Origin: an uncultured Planctomycetales bacterium
Lineage (GTDB): Bacteria > Planctomycetota > Phycisphaerae > UBA1845 > Fen-1342
DNA length: 64,000 bases
NCBI GenBank assembly: GCA_964535305.1
Contig: CAZHTF010000002.1
Span: 62,058-126,057 of the forward strand
Direction: 5' to 3'
Shown here in pieces: positions 8,580 through 18,053 of this stretch. Position 1 is the first letter of the stretch. Each line of letters begins with the position of its first letter. A program made the translations under genes and the position numbers. The notes beneath the pieces are model-generated. The model did no database searches, was not told the DNA's origin, and saw only the letters and a program-made list of their open reading frames with translations.

Positions 8580-10229
8580 GTGAAGAAGATGATGACCCCA
8601 CTGTCGCGGTTCTTACTCGCAGCGGCGGCGTGTCTGGGCAGCACGCTGGGCGCATCGGCCGCTGATACGAACTATCACGGTCCGTTGTGCTTTCCGAGCT
8701 GGCCAAATTTCCAGAACGACTGCGGATCGATCGCCATCCCCGACCTGGGCAGCGCCAGCGTCTCGATCAACGTCCCGTTCGACCCGGCGGGAAACATCAT
8801 CGCGCGGGTTGACGCACGCGTCTGGGTGCAACACACCTATCAAGGCGACCTGTCGTTCACGCTGACCGGCCCAGACGGCAACAGCGTGCTCCTGCAAGCC
8901 CGCGCTGGCGGCGGCGGATTCTCAGAGGATGACTTCGGCCGCTGGTACATCATCACGCCCCCGCCAACGCCCCAATTTCAGCCGGTCTATTACAGCGACC
9001 TGTCACTGAACGGACAGTACGACGCGCCGAACGTCGCGCCGCCCGGCTATCTGCACGCCCACGATCCCAACGCGATCCCGTTCATTCTGGGCACGTACTG
9101 GCAACCCTCGACACCGCTGTCGTCCTTCGTGGGTGGCAGCAAAGTCGGAACCTGGACGCTGACGGTCACCGACCACGCCGCCCAGGATGTCGGCGCGATC
9201 CGCTACTTTGGCCTGGTGATCAACAGTGTGCCGATCGCCGAGCCGCTCGCCGTAATCTCGGCCCCGCCGGCGTTCGACTGTATCTGTGCCGGCGCGACCA
9301 TCAGCGGCACCGCCGACGACCCGATCGGGCAATTCGTTCGCTACGACCTGGAGTATTCGGCCAGCCCGAACGGTCCTTGGACGCTGATCAACAGCAGCAC
9401 TACGCCGGTCAACAACGGTCCGCTGGGCGCCTGGCCGCCGCTCGTCCCGGACGGTCTGTATTTCCTGCGGCTAACGACAATCAACGGCCTGAATTTAAGC
9501 CAGCAGTTCACCAGCGTGGTCCGCGCGTCCAGCGGCTTTGATACGGTCGCGGTTGTCTCGCCGGCGAACAACGGAATCGTCGGCGGCACGGTCTGCCTGA
9601 GCGGCACGGTCGACGACGAAGGCTGCTTCGACAGCTACACAGTGGATTACCGGCCGGCCGGCGCGCTGAACTGGACGCTGCTGACGACCAGCAACACGCC
9701 GGTGATCAACAGCACGCTCGCTAGCATCAACAGCAGCACGCTGGCGGATGGCGACTATGACTTCCGCGTAACCGGCGCGACGCGCTGCGGGCAGTTGCGC
9801 TCGCAAACGCTGCGCGTCACCGTCGACAACTCCGCGCCGATCGCCACCATCACTTCACCCACCAATTGCAGCACGCGCGGCGGCGTGGTCGCCATTAGCG
9901 GCACCGCCACTGACGCGCACCTGTCCGGCTGGCTGCTGCAGTACACCGGCGGGGCCAGCAACGGCTGGGTGACGATCGCCAGCGGCAACGCGCCGGTGAT
10001 CAACGGCGTGCTGGCCAACTGGAACACGACCGGCCTGCAGCGCTGCGCCTACACGTTGCGGCTGGTCGTCAGCGACCGGGCCGGCCTGGACTGTTCGGGC
10101 TATACGAACGCAAGCGAGTTTGAGGTGTCGCTGAACATCGGTTGCACTGGCGACATCACGCAGGATGGCGCCGTGAACGAAGCGGACCTGGGAGCGCTGC
10201 TGGGCAACTGGCAGGTGCTCTGCCCGTAG
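8580..10229 (+). CDS. secreted protein: N-terminal proprotein-convertase P-domain, three Ig-like repeats, C-terminal dockerin-like tag
   Basis: AGGAGA lies 5 nt before the GTG at 8580. The signal peptide is MKKMMTPLSRFLLAAAACLGSTLGASA. The P-domain signature is VWVQHTYQGDLSFTLTGPDGNSVLL. Three ~95-aa repeats follow the pattern ISGTA.D....Y.L.Y......W..I. The tail is CTGDITQDGAVNEADLGALLGNWQVLCP. Confidence 0.8.
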   Translation: MKKMMTPLSRFLLAAAACLGSTLGASAADTNYHGPLCFPSWPNFQNDCGSIAIPDLGSASVSINVPFDPAGNIIARVDARVWVQHTYQGDLSFTLTGPDGNSVLLQARAGGGGFSEDDFGRWYIITPPPTPQFQPVYYSDLSLNGQYDAPNVAPPGYLHAHDPNAIPFILGTYWQPSTPLSSFVGGSKVGTWTLTVTDHAAQDVGAIRYFGLVINSVPIAEPLAVISAPPAFDCICAGATISGTADDPIGQFVRYDLEYSASPNGPWTLINSSTTPVNNGPLGAWPPLVPDGLYFLRLTTINGLNLSQQFTSVVRASSGFDTVAVVSPANNGIVGGTVCLSGTVDDEGCFDSYTVDYRPAGALNWTLLTTSNTPVINSTLASINSSTLADGDYDFRVTGATRCGQLRSQTLRVTVDNSAPIATITSPTNCSTRGGVVAISGTATDAHLSGWLLQYTGGASNGWVTIASGNAPVINGVLANWNTTGLQRCAYTLRLVVSDRAGLDCSGYTNASEFEVSLNIGCTGDITQDGAVNEADLGALLGNWQVLCP

Positions 10230-10290
10230 CCAGGTCTGCGGGGCGGCCAGATGCCGCTCGCGAGCGGCCGAAAGCGAAAGCGCGCGGGGT

Positions 10291-10313
10291 CGAGGCGAAC
10301 GGGAATCGCCTCG
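10291..10313. terminator. hairpin between convergent genes (possible bidirectional terminator)
   Basis: CGAGGCGA-acgggaa-TCGCCTCG forms an 8-bp stem. A T4 run lies 11 nt downstream on the plus strand. A 16-bp perfect palindrome GCCGCTCGCGAGCGGC is at 10253-10268. Confidence 0.3.
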
Positions 10314-10370
10314 GCCCTGCGTCGTTTTGGTGCAAGCGGATGCGCGATAAGATCGATTCGCAGCGCGGCG

Positions 10371-10964
10371 TTAGATCAGCTCGACCTGCCAATACTCGAT
10401 TTCGATCGGCGTGGCGCGGCCGAAGATCGTGACGATGACGCGGACCATGCCCTTCTGCGTGTTGACTTCGTCCACCACGCCTTCGAAATTCTCGAACGGG
10501 CCTTCGCGTACCTTGACCTTGTCGCCCTTCTTGAAATTCACGTTTGCAAGCGTGGGGGCTTCTTCCGGCTTGACGGCGGCGGCCAGCATTTTCTCCACGT
10601 CGACCGGCTTCATGGGCGAGGGCTTGCCGCCCGAGCCGATGAAATCCCCGACGCCGCTGGTTTCCTTGATGACGAACCAGACGTTTTCTGGAACGCTGCC
10701 GTCGCGTTCGGTGGCCATCTCGACGAAGACATAGCCGGGATAGAGCTTGCGCATGTAAACCCGCGCGGCCCCCGCGCGGACGCGTTTTTCGCGCTGCGTG
10801 GGCACGAGGATGCGGCCGACGCGCTCCTCGAGATTCTCGATCTTGATCTTGCGCTCGAGCGCGTCGCGGACCTGGTCTTCGCGGTTGGAAGCGACCCGCA
10901 GCACGTACCAGTGCATCCCGGGGCGGGTTGAGAGATCGCCGGTGCTGGAATCGGTCGCGGTCAT
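10371..10964 (-). CDS. nusG: transcription termination/antitermination factor NusG
   Basis: The NGN start is HWYVLRVASNREDQV. The KOW region is KKGDKVKVREGPFENFEGVVDEV...VRVIVTIFGRATPIEIEYWQVE. It directly follows secE. Confidence 0.9.
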   Translation of the reverse strand: MTATDSSTGDLSTRPGMHWYVLRVASNREDQVRDALERKIKIENLEERVGRILVPTQREKRVRAGAARVYMRKLYPGYVFVEMATERDGSVPENVWFVIKETSGVGDFIGSGGKPSPMKPVDVEKMLAAAVKPEEAPTLANVNFKKGDKVKVREGPFENFEGVVDEVNTQKGMVRVIVTIFGRATPIEIEYWQVELI

Positions 10965-11555
10965 TCAGCTGGCTCCATCACCGCCGCCGAACATGTATCC
11001 GAGCACGCTGCCGACCCGCAGGACGCCGATGCCATCGAAGAAGAGCATGAACGCGAGGTCAACCAGGAAGAGGATCGTGCCCAGCAGCAGGACGGTGATG
11101 ATGACCACGCGCGTCGCGCCGAAGACTTCGCGGCGTGTGGACCAGCTCACCTTCTTCATCTCGTGTTCGGTCGCGATCAGGAATTCGACGAAGCCGCGGT
11201 GCTGGCCGACGTAATGGAAGATCAAGTAGCTGAGCCCCGCCAGCACGGCGACCGGGATCAGCATCCGCAGCCAGAGGCTGTCGGCGATGAAGGCGAAGCG
11301 GCGCAACTGGTCATGCAGGAAGCTGGCGGCCGCCAGCGCGATCAGCGCCGCGCCGACCGCAGTGCACCAGCGCACGGTGGCGCCTTGGCCGGGCAGGTAG
11401 AGCTGGAAGGGCTGGCCAGCCGGTTTGCGTGCGAGCGCGCGGCCGCCGGAGGGGCCGGGCAAAGCGCCCGCGGCGCCGTCGGTGTGCGTGGCTTCGGTGT
11501 CGTCGTCCTTTTCGGAGCTCAACACCGCGCCTCCTTTTTGATCGCGTTTCGACAT
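10965..11555 (-). CDS. secE: preprotein translocase subunit SecE (3-TM form with charged N-terminal extension)
   Basis: The conserved C-terminal segment is FLIATEHEMKKVSWSTRREVFGATRVVIITVLLLG. The gene holds the canonical position between tRNA-Trp and nusG. Confidence 0.8.
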   Translation of the reverse strand: MSKRDQKGGAVLSSEKDDDTEATHTDGAAGALPGPSGGRALARKPAGQPFQLYLPGQGATVRWCTAVGAALIALAAASFLHDQLRRFAFIADSLWLRMLIPVAVLAGLSYLIFHYVGQHRGFVEFLIATEHEMKKVSWSTRREVFGATRVVIITVLLLGTILFLVDLAFMLFFDGIGVLRVGSVLGYMFGGGDGAS

Positions 11556-11607
11556 TGCGGCTCCAGCTCGCGGGATCGGACGCCGCTCGTCCCGCCCGGT
11601 GGATCAA

Positions 11608-11680
11608 CAGGAGCGGAGGGAGTCGAACCCCCAACCTGCTGATTTGGAATCAGCTGCTCTGCCAATTGAGCTACGCTCCT
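11608..11680 (-). tRNA. tRNA-Trp (anticodon CCA)
   Basis: I folded the cloverleaf by hand. The acceptor is AGGAGCG/CGCTCCT, the D stem GCTC/GAGC and the anticodon stem GCTGA/TCAGC with loop TTCCAAA. The T arm is GGGGG-TTCGACT-CCCTC. No CCA end is encoded. Confidence 0.9.
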
Positions 11681-11702
11681 TCGCGTGCCGGTCAGGCGGC
11701 GG

Positions 11703-11870
11703 CTACTTGCGCTTGATCTTGTGGAGCGTGCGCTTGCGCAACCGCGGGCTGTATTTCATCAACTGGATCTTGGGTACGCCGCCGACGACGTTGATCGTCG
11801 TGCGGTAGTTGAGATCGCCGGTCTCGCCGCATTGCAGCCAGACCCACTCGCGTTTCTGCGCCTTGGCCAT
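11703..11870 (-). CDS. rpmG: 50S ribosomal protein L33 (55 aa; below the ORF-track cutoff)
   Basis: My translation is MAKAQKREWVWLQCGETGDLNYRTTINVVGGVPKIQLMKYSPRLRKRTLHKIKRK. It has the L33 C-terminal pattern KY.P..RKRTLHK. The position between tuf and tRNA-Trp is canonical. Confidence 0.85.
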   Translation of the reverse strand: MAKAQKREWVWLQCGETGDLNYRTTINVVGGVPKIQLMKYSPRLRKRTLHKIKRK

Positions 11871-11960
11871 GAGCCACCAATCCGATCCGCGACGCTCCGG
11901 CCGACCCGCCGCGCGAACGCATCCGCGTTCGGCGTGAATCAGCGCGCCGCCGCGCGGCTG

Positions 11961-13193
<1,233 letters not shown>

Positions 13194-13323
13194 TCGATGC
13201 TCTCCGATGCCCACCGGCGGTTGTCGCGCCGGGAGTGACCCGAGCGGTCACGTTCCACTCGCAAGCCCGATGTTCGCCCGATTCATTCCGTTCCGTACTG
13301 CACCCAGACCGCGACGCCCACAA

Positions 13324-13395
<72 letters not shown>

Positions 13396-13475
13396 GACGC
13401 GCGGCGCAACTCCCAGACGCGAAGACTGCGCTCTTGAAGCGCAACGCGTTCGGCCGGCGCGAAGCCGGATTGAGC

Positions 13476-13503
13476 ATTGTATAAGCGGCCGATTCCTTGT
13501 CAA
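13476..13503 (-). promoter_or_regulatory. sigma70-like promoter for the tRNA-Thr/tuf transcription unit
   Basis: On the minus strand it reads TTGACA, a 16-nt spacer, then TACAAT. It lies about 80 nt upstream of the tRNA-Thr 5' end. Confidence 0.5.
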
Positions 13504-13640
13504 AAGCAAAAATCAGCACGCCAGCTCCGCCGATGCGCCGCGGAGACATTCGCGCAACCAGCAGCACGCCCGCTGGTTATACTAGGAAAAGCAAGGAACG
13601 CGGCGTTCGCAGCGGCCCGCCGCGCCAATCGGGAGGCACC

Positions 13641-14138
13641 GTGTCGCTGGCTGACCTGCCGCATCGATTCCGCGATTCAACCAGCGACTGGCGTAGCCGG
13701 CTTCGCACCTGGCGCAGCGACGTGCAAGCCGACCCCAGCCTGCTCTGGCGAACACCCGCAATCCGAATCACGCTCTGGATCCTCTTCGGCGGGCTGCTCT
13801 ACTGGTCCGTCGCAAGCGGCGTGTCGACGATCTCCGGCGGCTTTGACGGTGACGCACAGCGCGAACGAACCGCCACGCTTTTCGTCGCCTGCACCGAGCC
13901 CGCCTGCCTGCATGCCGCCACCGTCACGCGGCCGATCTCATTCCGCGAGTGGCCGCTGACCTGCCAACGTTGTGGGAAAGCCAGCGTGCAGCGCGGCAAG
14001 CCCTGCGGCGATTGCCGCCGCTGGTTCGCGCCGGCAGACGCAGCGTGTCCGCATTGCGCCGCAGCCGCGAAGTTGCGGAAGCCCATCGAAAAGCCGCGCC
14101 GCTCGACCGATCCGGACGACGCCGAGGATGATTGGTAG
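13641..14138 (+). CDS. single-TM protein with Cys-rich (zinc-ribbon-like) C-terminal domain
   Basis: GGGAGG lies 4 nt before the GTG at 13641. The TM helix is ITLWILFGGLLYWSVA. The Cys pairs are CTEPAC, CQRC, CGDC and CPHC. The start is uncertain (the track ORF begins at 13497). Confidence 0.5.
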   Translation: MSLADLPHRFRDSTSDWRSRLRTWRSDVQADPSLLWRTPAIRITLWILFGGLLYWSVASGVSTISGGFDGDAQRERTATLFVACTEPACLHAATVTRPISFREWPLTCQRCGKASVQRGKPCGDCRRWFAPADAACPHCAAAAKLRKPIEKPRRSTDPDDAEDDW

Positions 14139-14247
14139 ATCGCGTGTCGCGCGGTGCAGCAAGCGGCGCCGCCGCGTGACAGCCGCGTGACACGCTCGTC
14201 GCGGCCCTCTCGAAATCACGAATCATCCGCTGCTGCGTCGAGCAGGC

Positions 14248-15222
14248 TCACGCGGCGGGCGGCTCGAAAACCCGCAGTAGAATCTCCGTCGAATCCGCAG
14301 CCAATCGCGCCTGCCAGAGCGTCACGCGCTGCTGCGCTGCAAGATCCGTCAGCTCGGATTCGTCGAGCACCATCGCAGCGGTGGATAGTGCGTCTGCACA
14401 GGCGGCGCTCGGCGCAAGTGCCCACGCCCCGACGAATTCCACCGCCGCGACGCCGCTGCGCGGATCGATGATGTGCGGGCCATGCAGCGCTCGGCCCGAG
14501 CCGCCCAGCGCGGCATCGCGCAGCACGACATGCCCCAGAACCGCGGCCGGATCCAGCGGGTTTCGCAGCGCGACGCGCCAGCCGGCAGCGGCGCCGCTCG
14601 GCGCGCCGAGCGCGCGCACTGTACTGTCGCCGGAGCTGAGCAGCGCCGCGCGGATCGACCAATCCGTCAGCAACTGCAAGCCGCGGTCGACGGCAAAGCC
14701 CTTGCCAATCGCGCCCAGGTCGAGCTGCACGCCAGCCGCTTCGATCGTGACGCTGCGGGCCGCCGCGTCGATCCGCACGGCGTGCATCATGCCGATCGGT
14801 GCCGTTGTCGCCGATCCGCGCTGGCCTGCATCGCGATCGCCGACGCCATCCGCGCCGCGTTGAGTGAGGTCAACGGCCGCGCCGCGCTGCGTCAGCCCGC
14901 CGACGCTGACATCAAACGCGCCGCGCGTCACCTGGGTCAATCGCGCGGCGAGTTGCAGACACTCGAGCACATCTGGGCCGACGCGCGTCGGTTCGCCGAC
15001 GCAGGCACGATTGATTCTCGAAATGTCGCTATGCGGCACATAGCGGCTCAGCTCCTGCTCGAGCCGATCGACCTCCTCAAACGCGGCCCGCGCGGCGCTT
15101 GCGGCGTACTCTGCCTGCTCGTCGGCGATCAGCAACCGCCAGGTGCACGCCATCGCGTCATGCGTGAACGCCTGCAGCCCGTGCGGCGCAGGCTCATACG
15201 CGATCGCCGGCGGGTTGCTCAC
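14248..15222 (-). CDS. apbE: FAD:protein FMN transferase (ApbE family)
   Basis: ApbE-like motifs are AMACTW (equivalent to AMGT), FDVSVGG, LDLGAIGKGFAVDR, SSGDS and HIIDPRSG. I chose the GTG at 15220-15222, which forms a GTGA overlap with the upstream gene's stop. Confidence 0.8.
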   Translation of the reverse strand: MSNPPAIAYEPAPHGLQAFTHDAMACTWRLLIADEQAEYAASAARAAFEEVDRLEQELSRYVPHSDISRINRACVGEPTRVGPDVLECLQLAARLTQVTRGAFDVSVGGLTQRGAAVDLTQRGADGVGDRDAGQRGSATTAPIGMMHAVRIDAAARSVTIEAAGVQLDLGAIGKGFAVDRGLQLLTDWSIRAALLSSGDSTVRALGAPSGAAAGWRVALRNPLDPAAVLGHVVLRDAALGGSGRALHGPHIIDPRSGVAAVEFVGAWALAPSAACADALSTAAMVLDESELTDLAAQQRVTLWQARLAADSTEILLRVFEPPAA

Positions 15223-16784
15223 GGAGCCGCTTCCTGCTCGCTGAGAACGAACGCTTCGTACAAACCGCGCTCGACCCACACGCTGGCGCGCACGTCCGGC
15301 CGCAGGCTGTAGACAAACTCCAAGTAGCCCGCCTCGGGCAGGTGCGCGGCTTCCAGCGCCAGCTCAGGAAACACCACCAACAGCGGCGCTGGCCGCAGCT
15401 CGTCCGCGTGCGCCCAGTAGCCGACGCGCTCCAGCCGCCGCAGGTACCAGGGCAGCGGCCACGGGTCATGCGCCAGCACCTGCACGAGCAGCGGCGGTCC
15501 GCCAGGCGCGGTGCGCTGGTATTCGCGGGCGAGGCGCTCGACCCAGGCGCCCAGGTCGCGCACGCCGCCCAGTGCGTGTGCATAGGCGTACGGATTGCGC
15601 GGGTCCGCGGCGAAGCGTGTGTTGCTCGCGCGGGCCAGCAGCCCCAGGTGCGTGCCCGCCGCCAGCAACGCGGCCGTCGCCAGCGTGCGGATTTTCCAAT
15701 CTGGCCGCTGCACGACGCGCGCCAGCGCGACGCCCGCGAGCAGGCTCAGCCCATGCAGGAATCCCAGGCTGCACCAGGGTGTCTTGTACGGAATCGCAGC
15801 GTAGCACGCGATCAGTAGCAACGTGTACAGCGCCATGAAGCGCGCCAGAAGAGCGCCCGCGTCGGCCCGCGGCGTGAATCGCCAGAGGCTGAGCGCCGCC
15901 CCGGCCAGGCCCGTGAGCAGCAGCGGTGCTTCGGTCCAGATGGGTCCGGGCGCGTCGTACGTCCAGGTCAGCAGCGCCAGGTAATAGTACCAGGGGTGCG
16001 CGTGAGCGCCGTCGCCATCGGCACGCTGCAGATAGTGGAAATACGTCGCGATCGAATCCCACGGTCCGCGCGCGTGGCTGAAGAATGCCGAGAAGAGCGT
16101 GACGGATACGACCGCGGCCAGCGCCAGTCCGATGCACACGTCGCGCAGTGCGGCGGATCGCGTGCGCGCGGGGAACACCGCCGCCGCGCCGCCGGGCAAC
16201 CAGCGCGTGATTGCGCAGGCCGCCGCCATGCTAGCGATCACGATCAAACATGTTTCTTTGGTCGCGTGCAGACAGCCGAGCGCCAGCCCGCCCGCGGCGC
16301 ACCAGGCCCAGTGCCCGTCGCGCAGCCAGCGCCACACACAGGCGATCAGCGCGAACGAGAAGAACACCAGCAGCGATTCGTGGATGTAGTAGCAGGCGTA
16401 GTAGCTGCTCGCCGGCGAGACGGAATAAAGTCCGACCGCGACCAGCGTTGCCACCCGTCCGAGCTCAAGCGTGAGCAGCAGCGTCAGGCACAGCGTACCC
16501 AGGCAGAACATCGCCGGGACGACACGCAGGGCTGCCTCGTCGAGCTGTGCGATCGAGCGCGCCGCGCTGCAGCGCGCCAGCGGCAGCGTGAAGTAATACA
16601 GCGTCGGCCCATGGTATTCGTGTGGATCGTAGACGTAGCGGCCGCTCTGCAGCAGCAGGTCGAGCTTGGCGGCGTGCACCGCCTCGTCCGTGTGCATCGG
16701 CCGCTCGCGCAGCGCCGGCAGCCGCAGCCACGCCGCGAGCAACAGGATCCCCGAAAACAGCAGCGCGAAACTGCGGCCGCTCAT
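15219..16784 (-). CDS. TIGR03663 / Agl23-like GT-C-type integral membrane protein
   Basis: The 521-aa polytopic protein carries the family hallmarks as I recall them: an N-terminal DE dipeptide (HTDEAVHA) and HGP (YDPHEYHGPTLYY). ATGA overlap with the discoidin gene at 16781-16784. Confidence 0.7.
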   Translation of the reverse strand: MSGRSFALLFSGILLLAAWLRLPALRERPMHTDEAVHAAKLDLLLQSGRYVYDPHEYHGPTLYYFTLPLARCSAARSIAQLDEAALRVVPAMFCLGTLCLTLLLTLELGRVATLVAVGLYSVSPASSYYACYYIHESLLVFFSFALIACVWRWLRDGHWAWCAAGGLALGCLHATKETCLIVIASMAAACAITRWLPGGAAAVFPARTRSAALRDVCIGLALAAVVSVTLFSAFFSHARGPWDSIATYFHYLQRADGDGAHAHPWYYYLALLTWTYDAPGPIWTEAPLLLTGLAGAALSLWRFTPRADAGALLARFMALYTLLLIACYAAIPYKTPWCSLGFLHGLSLLAGVALARVVQRPDWKIRTLATAALLAAGTHLGLLARASNTRFAADPRNPYAYAHALGGVRDLGAWVERLAREYQRTAPGGPPLLVQVLAHDPWPLPWYLRRLERVGYWAHADELRPAPLLVVFPELALEAAHLPEAGYLEFVYSLRPDVRASVWVERGLYEAFVLSEQEAAP

Positions 16785-17512
16785 TCCTTCTCAGGCACGC
16801 CGTAGATCTCGACCTCGACGTAATGGTTTTGGTCGTCGGCGGTGCTGCCGCGGCTGTAGAGCCGCACGTAGCGGCCGATGGCCTCTTTGGCGTCGAGCAG
16901 GCGACCTTCGTGCGACTCCCAGAATTCCTTCTCCGAGCCGACGCCCATGCGGGCGGAATTGTCGTGATCGTTGCTGTAGAGCGTGCGGACGTCCTTCTCG
17001 AACTTCGGATCGTCGCTGACCTGAATGATCACATCGTGGTAGACTCGGGCATTCTGGTGATAGCGCCACACCAGCAGCGCGTAAATGCGGGCCCGCTGCT
17101 GCAGATCGATCTGCACCCACTGCAGACCGGGCCCGAGCTCGACATAGCTGCCGTCCGCCGCTTCCTTGTCTTCGTCGGTCACCAGCTTCAGGCTGCCGAT
17201 GATCGGCTCCGGGTCGCTGCTGCTGACGGGTTTGCCGGCGGCGAGGTTCTTCACGCCGCGCGGCGCCAGGAAATCCGGCCGCGGGCCGCTCCGCGGTTTT
17301 TCGAGATTCGTCCCGCGCGGCGCGTCTTTGGGCGTTCCGCGAAATGCGGGCTTGGGCAGCTTGAATTCGAGCGGAACAAGTCCGTCGCCGACGGCCGAAC
17401 GCGATGCCGCGGCGTCCTGGGCCAGCGCCGGAGTGAGCAGCGCCAGCGTGGAGCTGCTGAGCAGCGCAGTCAGCATGCGCGTGACGCCGATTCGGACGCT
17501 TGCTGCGATCAT
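16781..17512 (-). CDS. secreted discoidin (F5/8 type C) domain protein
   Basis: The signal peptide is MIAASVRIGVTRMLTALLSSSTLALLTPALA. The discoidin-like core runs GKPVSSS...YVELGPGLQWVQIDLQQRARIYALLVW...GRYVRLYSRGS...YVEVEIYG. The ATG at 17512 lies 1 nt after the upstream stop. Confidence 0.8.
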   Translation of the reverse strand: MIAASVRIGVTRMLTALLSSSTLALLTPALAQDAAASRSAVGDGLVPLEFKLPKPAFRGTPKDAPRGTNLEKPRSGPRPDFLAPRGVKNLAAGKPVSSSDPEPIIGSLKLVTDEDKEAADGSYVELGPGLQWVQIDLQQRARIYALLVWRYHQNARVYHDVIIQVSDDPKFEKDVRTLYSNDHDNSARMGVGSEKEFWESHEGRLLDAKEAIGRYVRLYSRGSTADDQNHYVEVEIYGVPEKE

Positions 17513-17513
17513 G

Positions 17514-18053
17514 CTAGCTCCTCGCGCTGATACGCCGAGATGCAGCCAGGTACACATGCAATCCGCTCAGCACCAGCAGCACCAGGCCGCTGTAGCGGTG
17601 CAGCGTGATCAGCCGCACCTGTTCAGCATAGCCGAAGCTTGAAGACATCGCGGCCATCATCGAGCCGCCACTCAGCAGCGCCGCGAGCAGCGCCGTCCAG
17701 AAAACCAGCTTCTCGCTCGGCCAGAAGCCGCTGAACATGCCGAACCGACAGCGCCCGCCCCAGATCAGCCCGGCAAGCATGGACGCGAGCAGGAACAGCG
17801 GCGCGGCTGCCACGTGCAGCAGCAGCGGCCAGCCCGCCAGCCCATCGGCCAGCGCGCCGTTCAGACCGCTGCCGCCCAGCACGATTACGCTCAGGCCCAG
17901 CAGCCAATACACGCACCACGCCGCCGCTCCATCTCGCCGCGGACCGGGCTGGGCTTTTCCCGCGCCAGATGTGGCCCGATGCGCGATGATGACCAGCAGC
18001 AGCAGACCGGCGGCTGCATAAATCGCGGTCTGGAACAGCTCGCGCTCGTTCAT
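17514..18053 (-). CDS. 4-TM membrane protein with intramembrane His residues (possible b-type haem subunit)
   Basis: It starts at MNERELF, with an ATGA overlap to the cytochrome stop at 18050-18053. Only the C-terminal 179 aa of track ORF 17514..18806 look protein-like. His residues sit in helices: IIAHRA, LLLHVAAAP, TLHRYSG and LSGLHVYL. Confidence 0.65.
   Translation of the reverse strand: MNERELFQTAIYAAAGLLLLVIIAHRATSGAGKAQPGPRRDGAAAWCVYWLLGLSVIVLGGSGLNGALADGLAGWPLLLHVAAAPLFLLASMLAGLIWGGRCRFGMFSGFWPSEKLVFWTALLAALLSGGSMMAAMSSSFGYAEQVRLITLHRYSGLVLLVLSGLHVYLAASRRISARS

Noticed and set aside
13641-14138. The Cys-rich single-TM protein as the missing ApbE flavinylation substrate (sequence ASGVSTIS just after the TM helix)
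   Set aside because: SGVS deviates from the [ST]GA[ST] acceptor motif at the conserved Ala. The gene is convergent to apbE, not in its operon, and the topology is unknown. This is too weak to claim.
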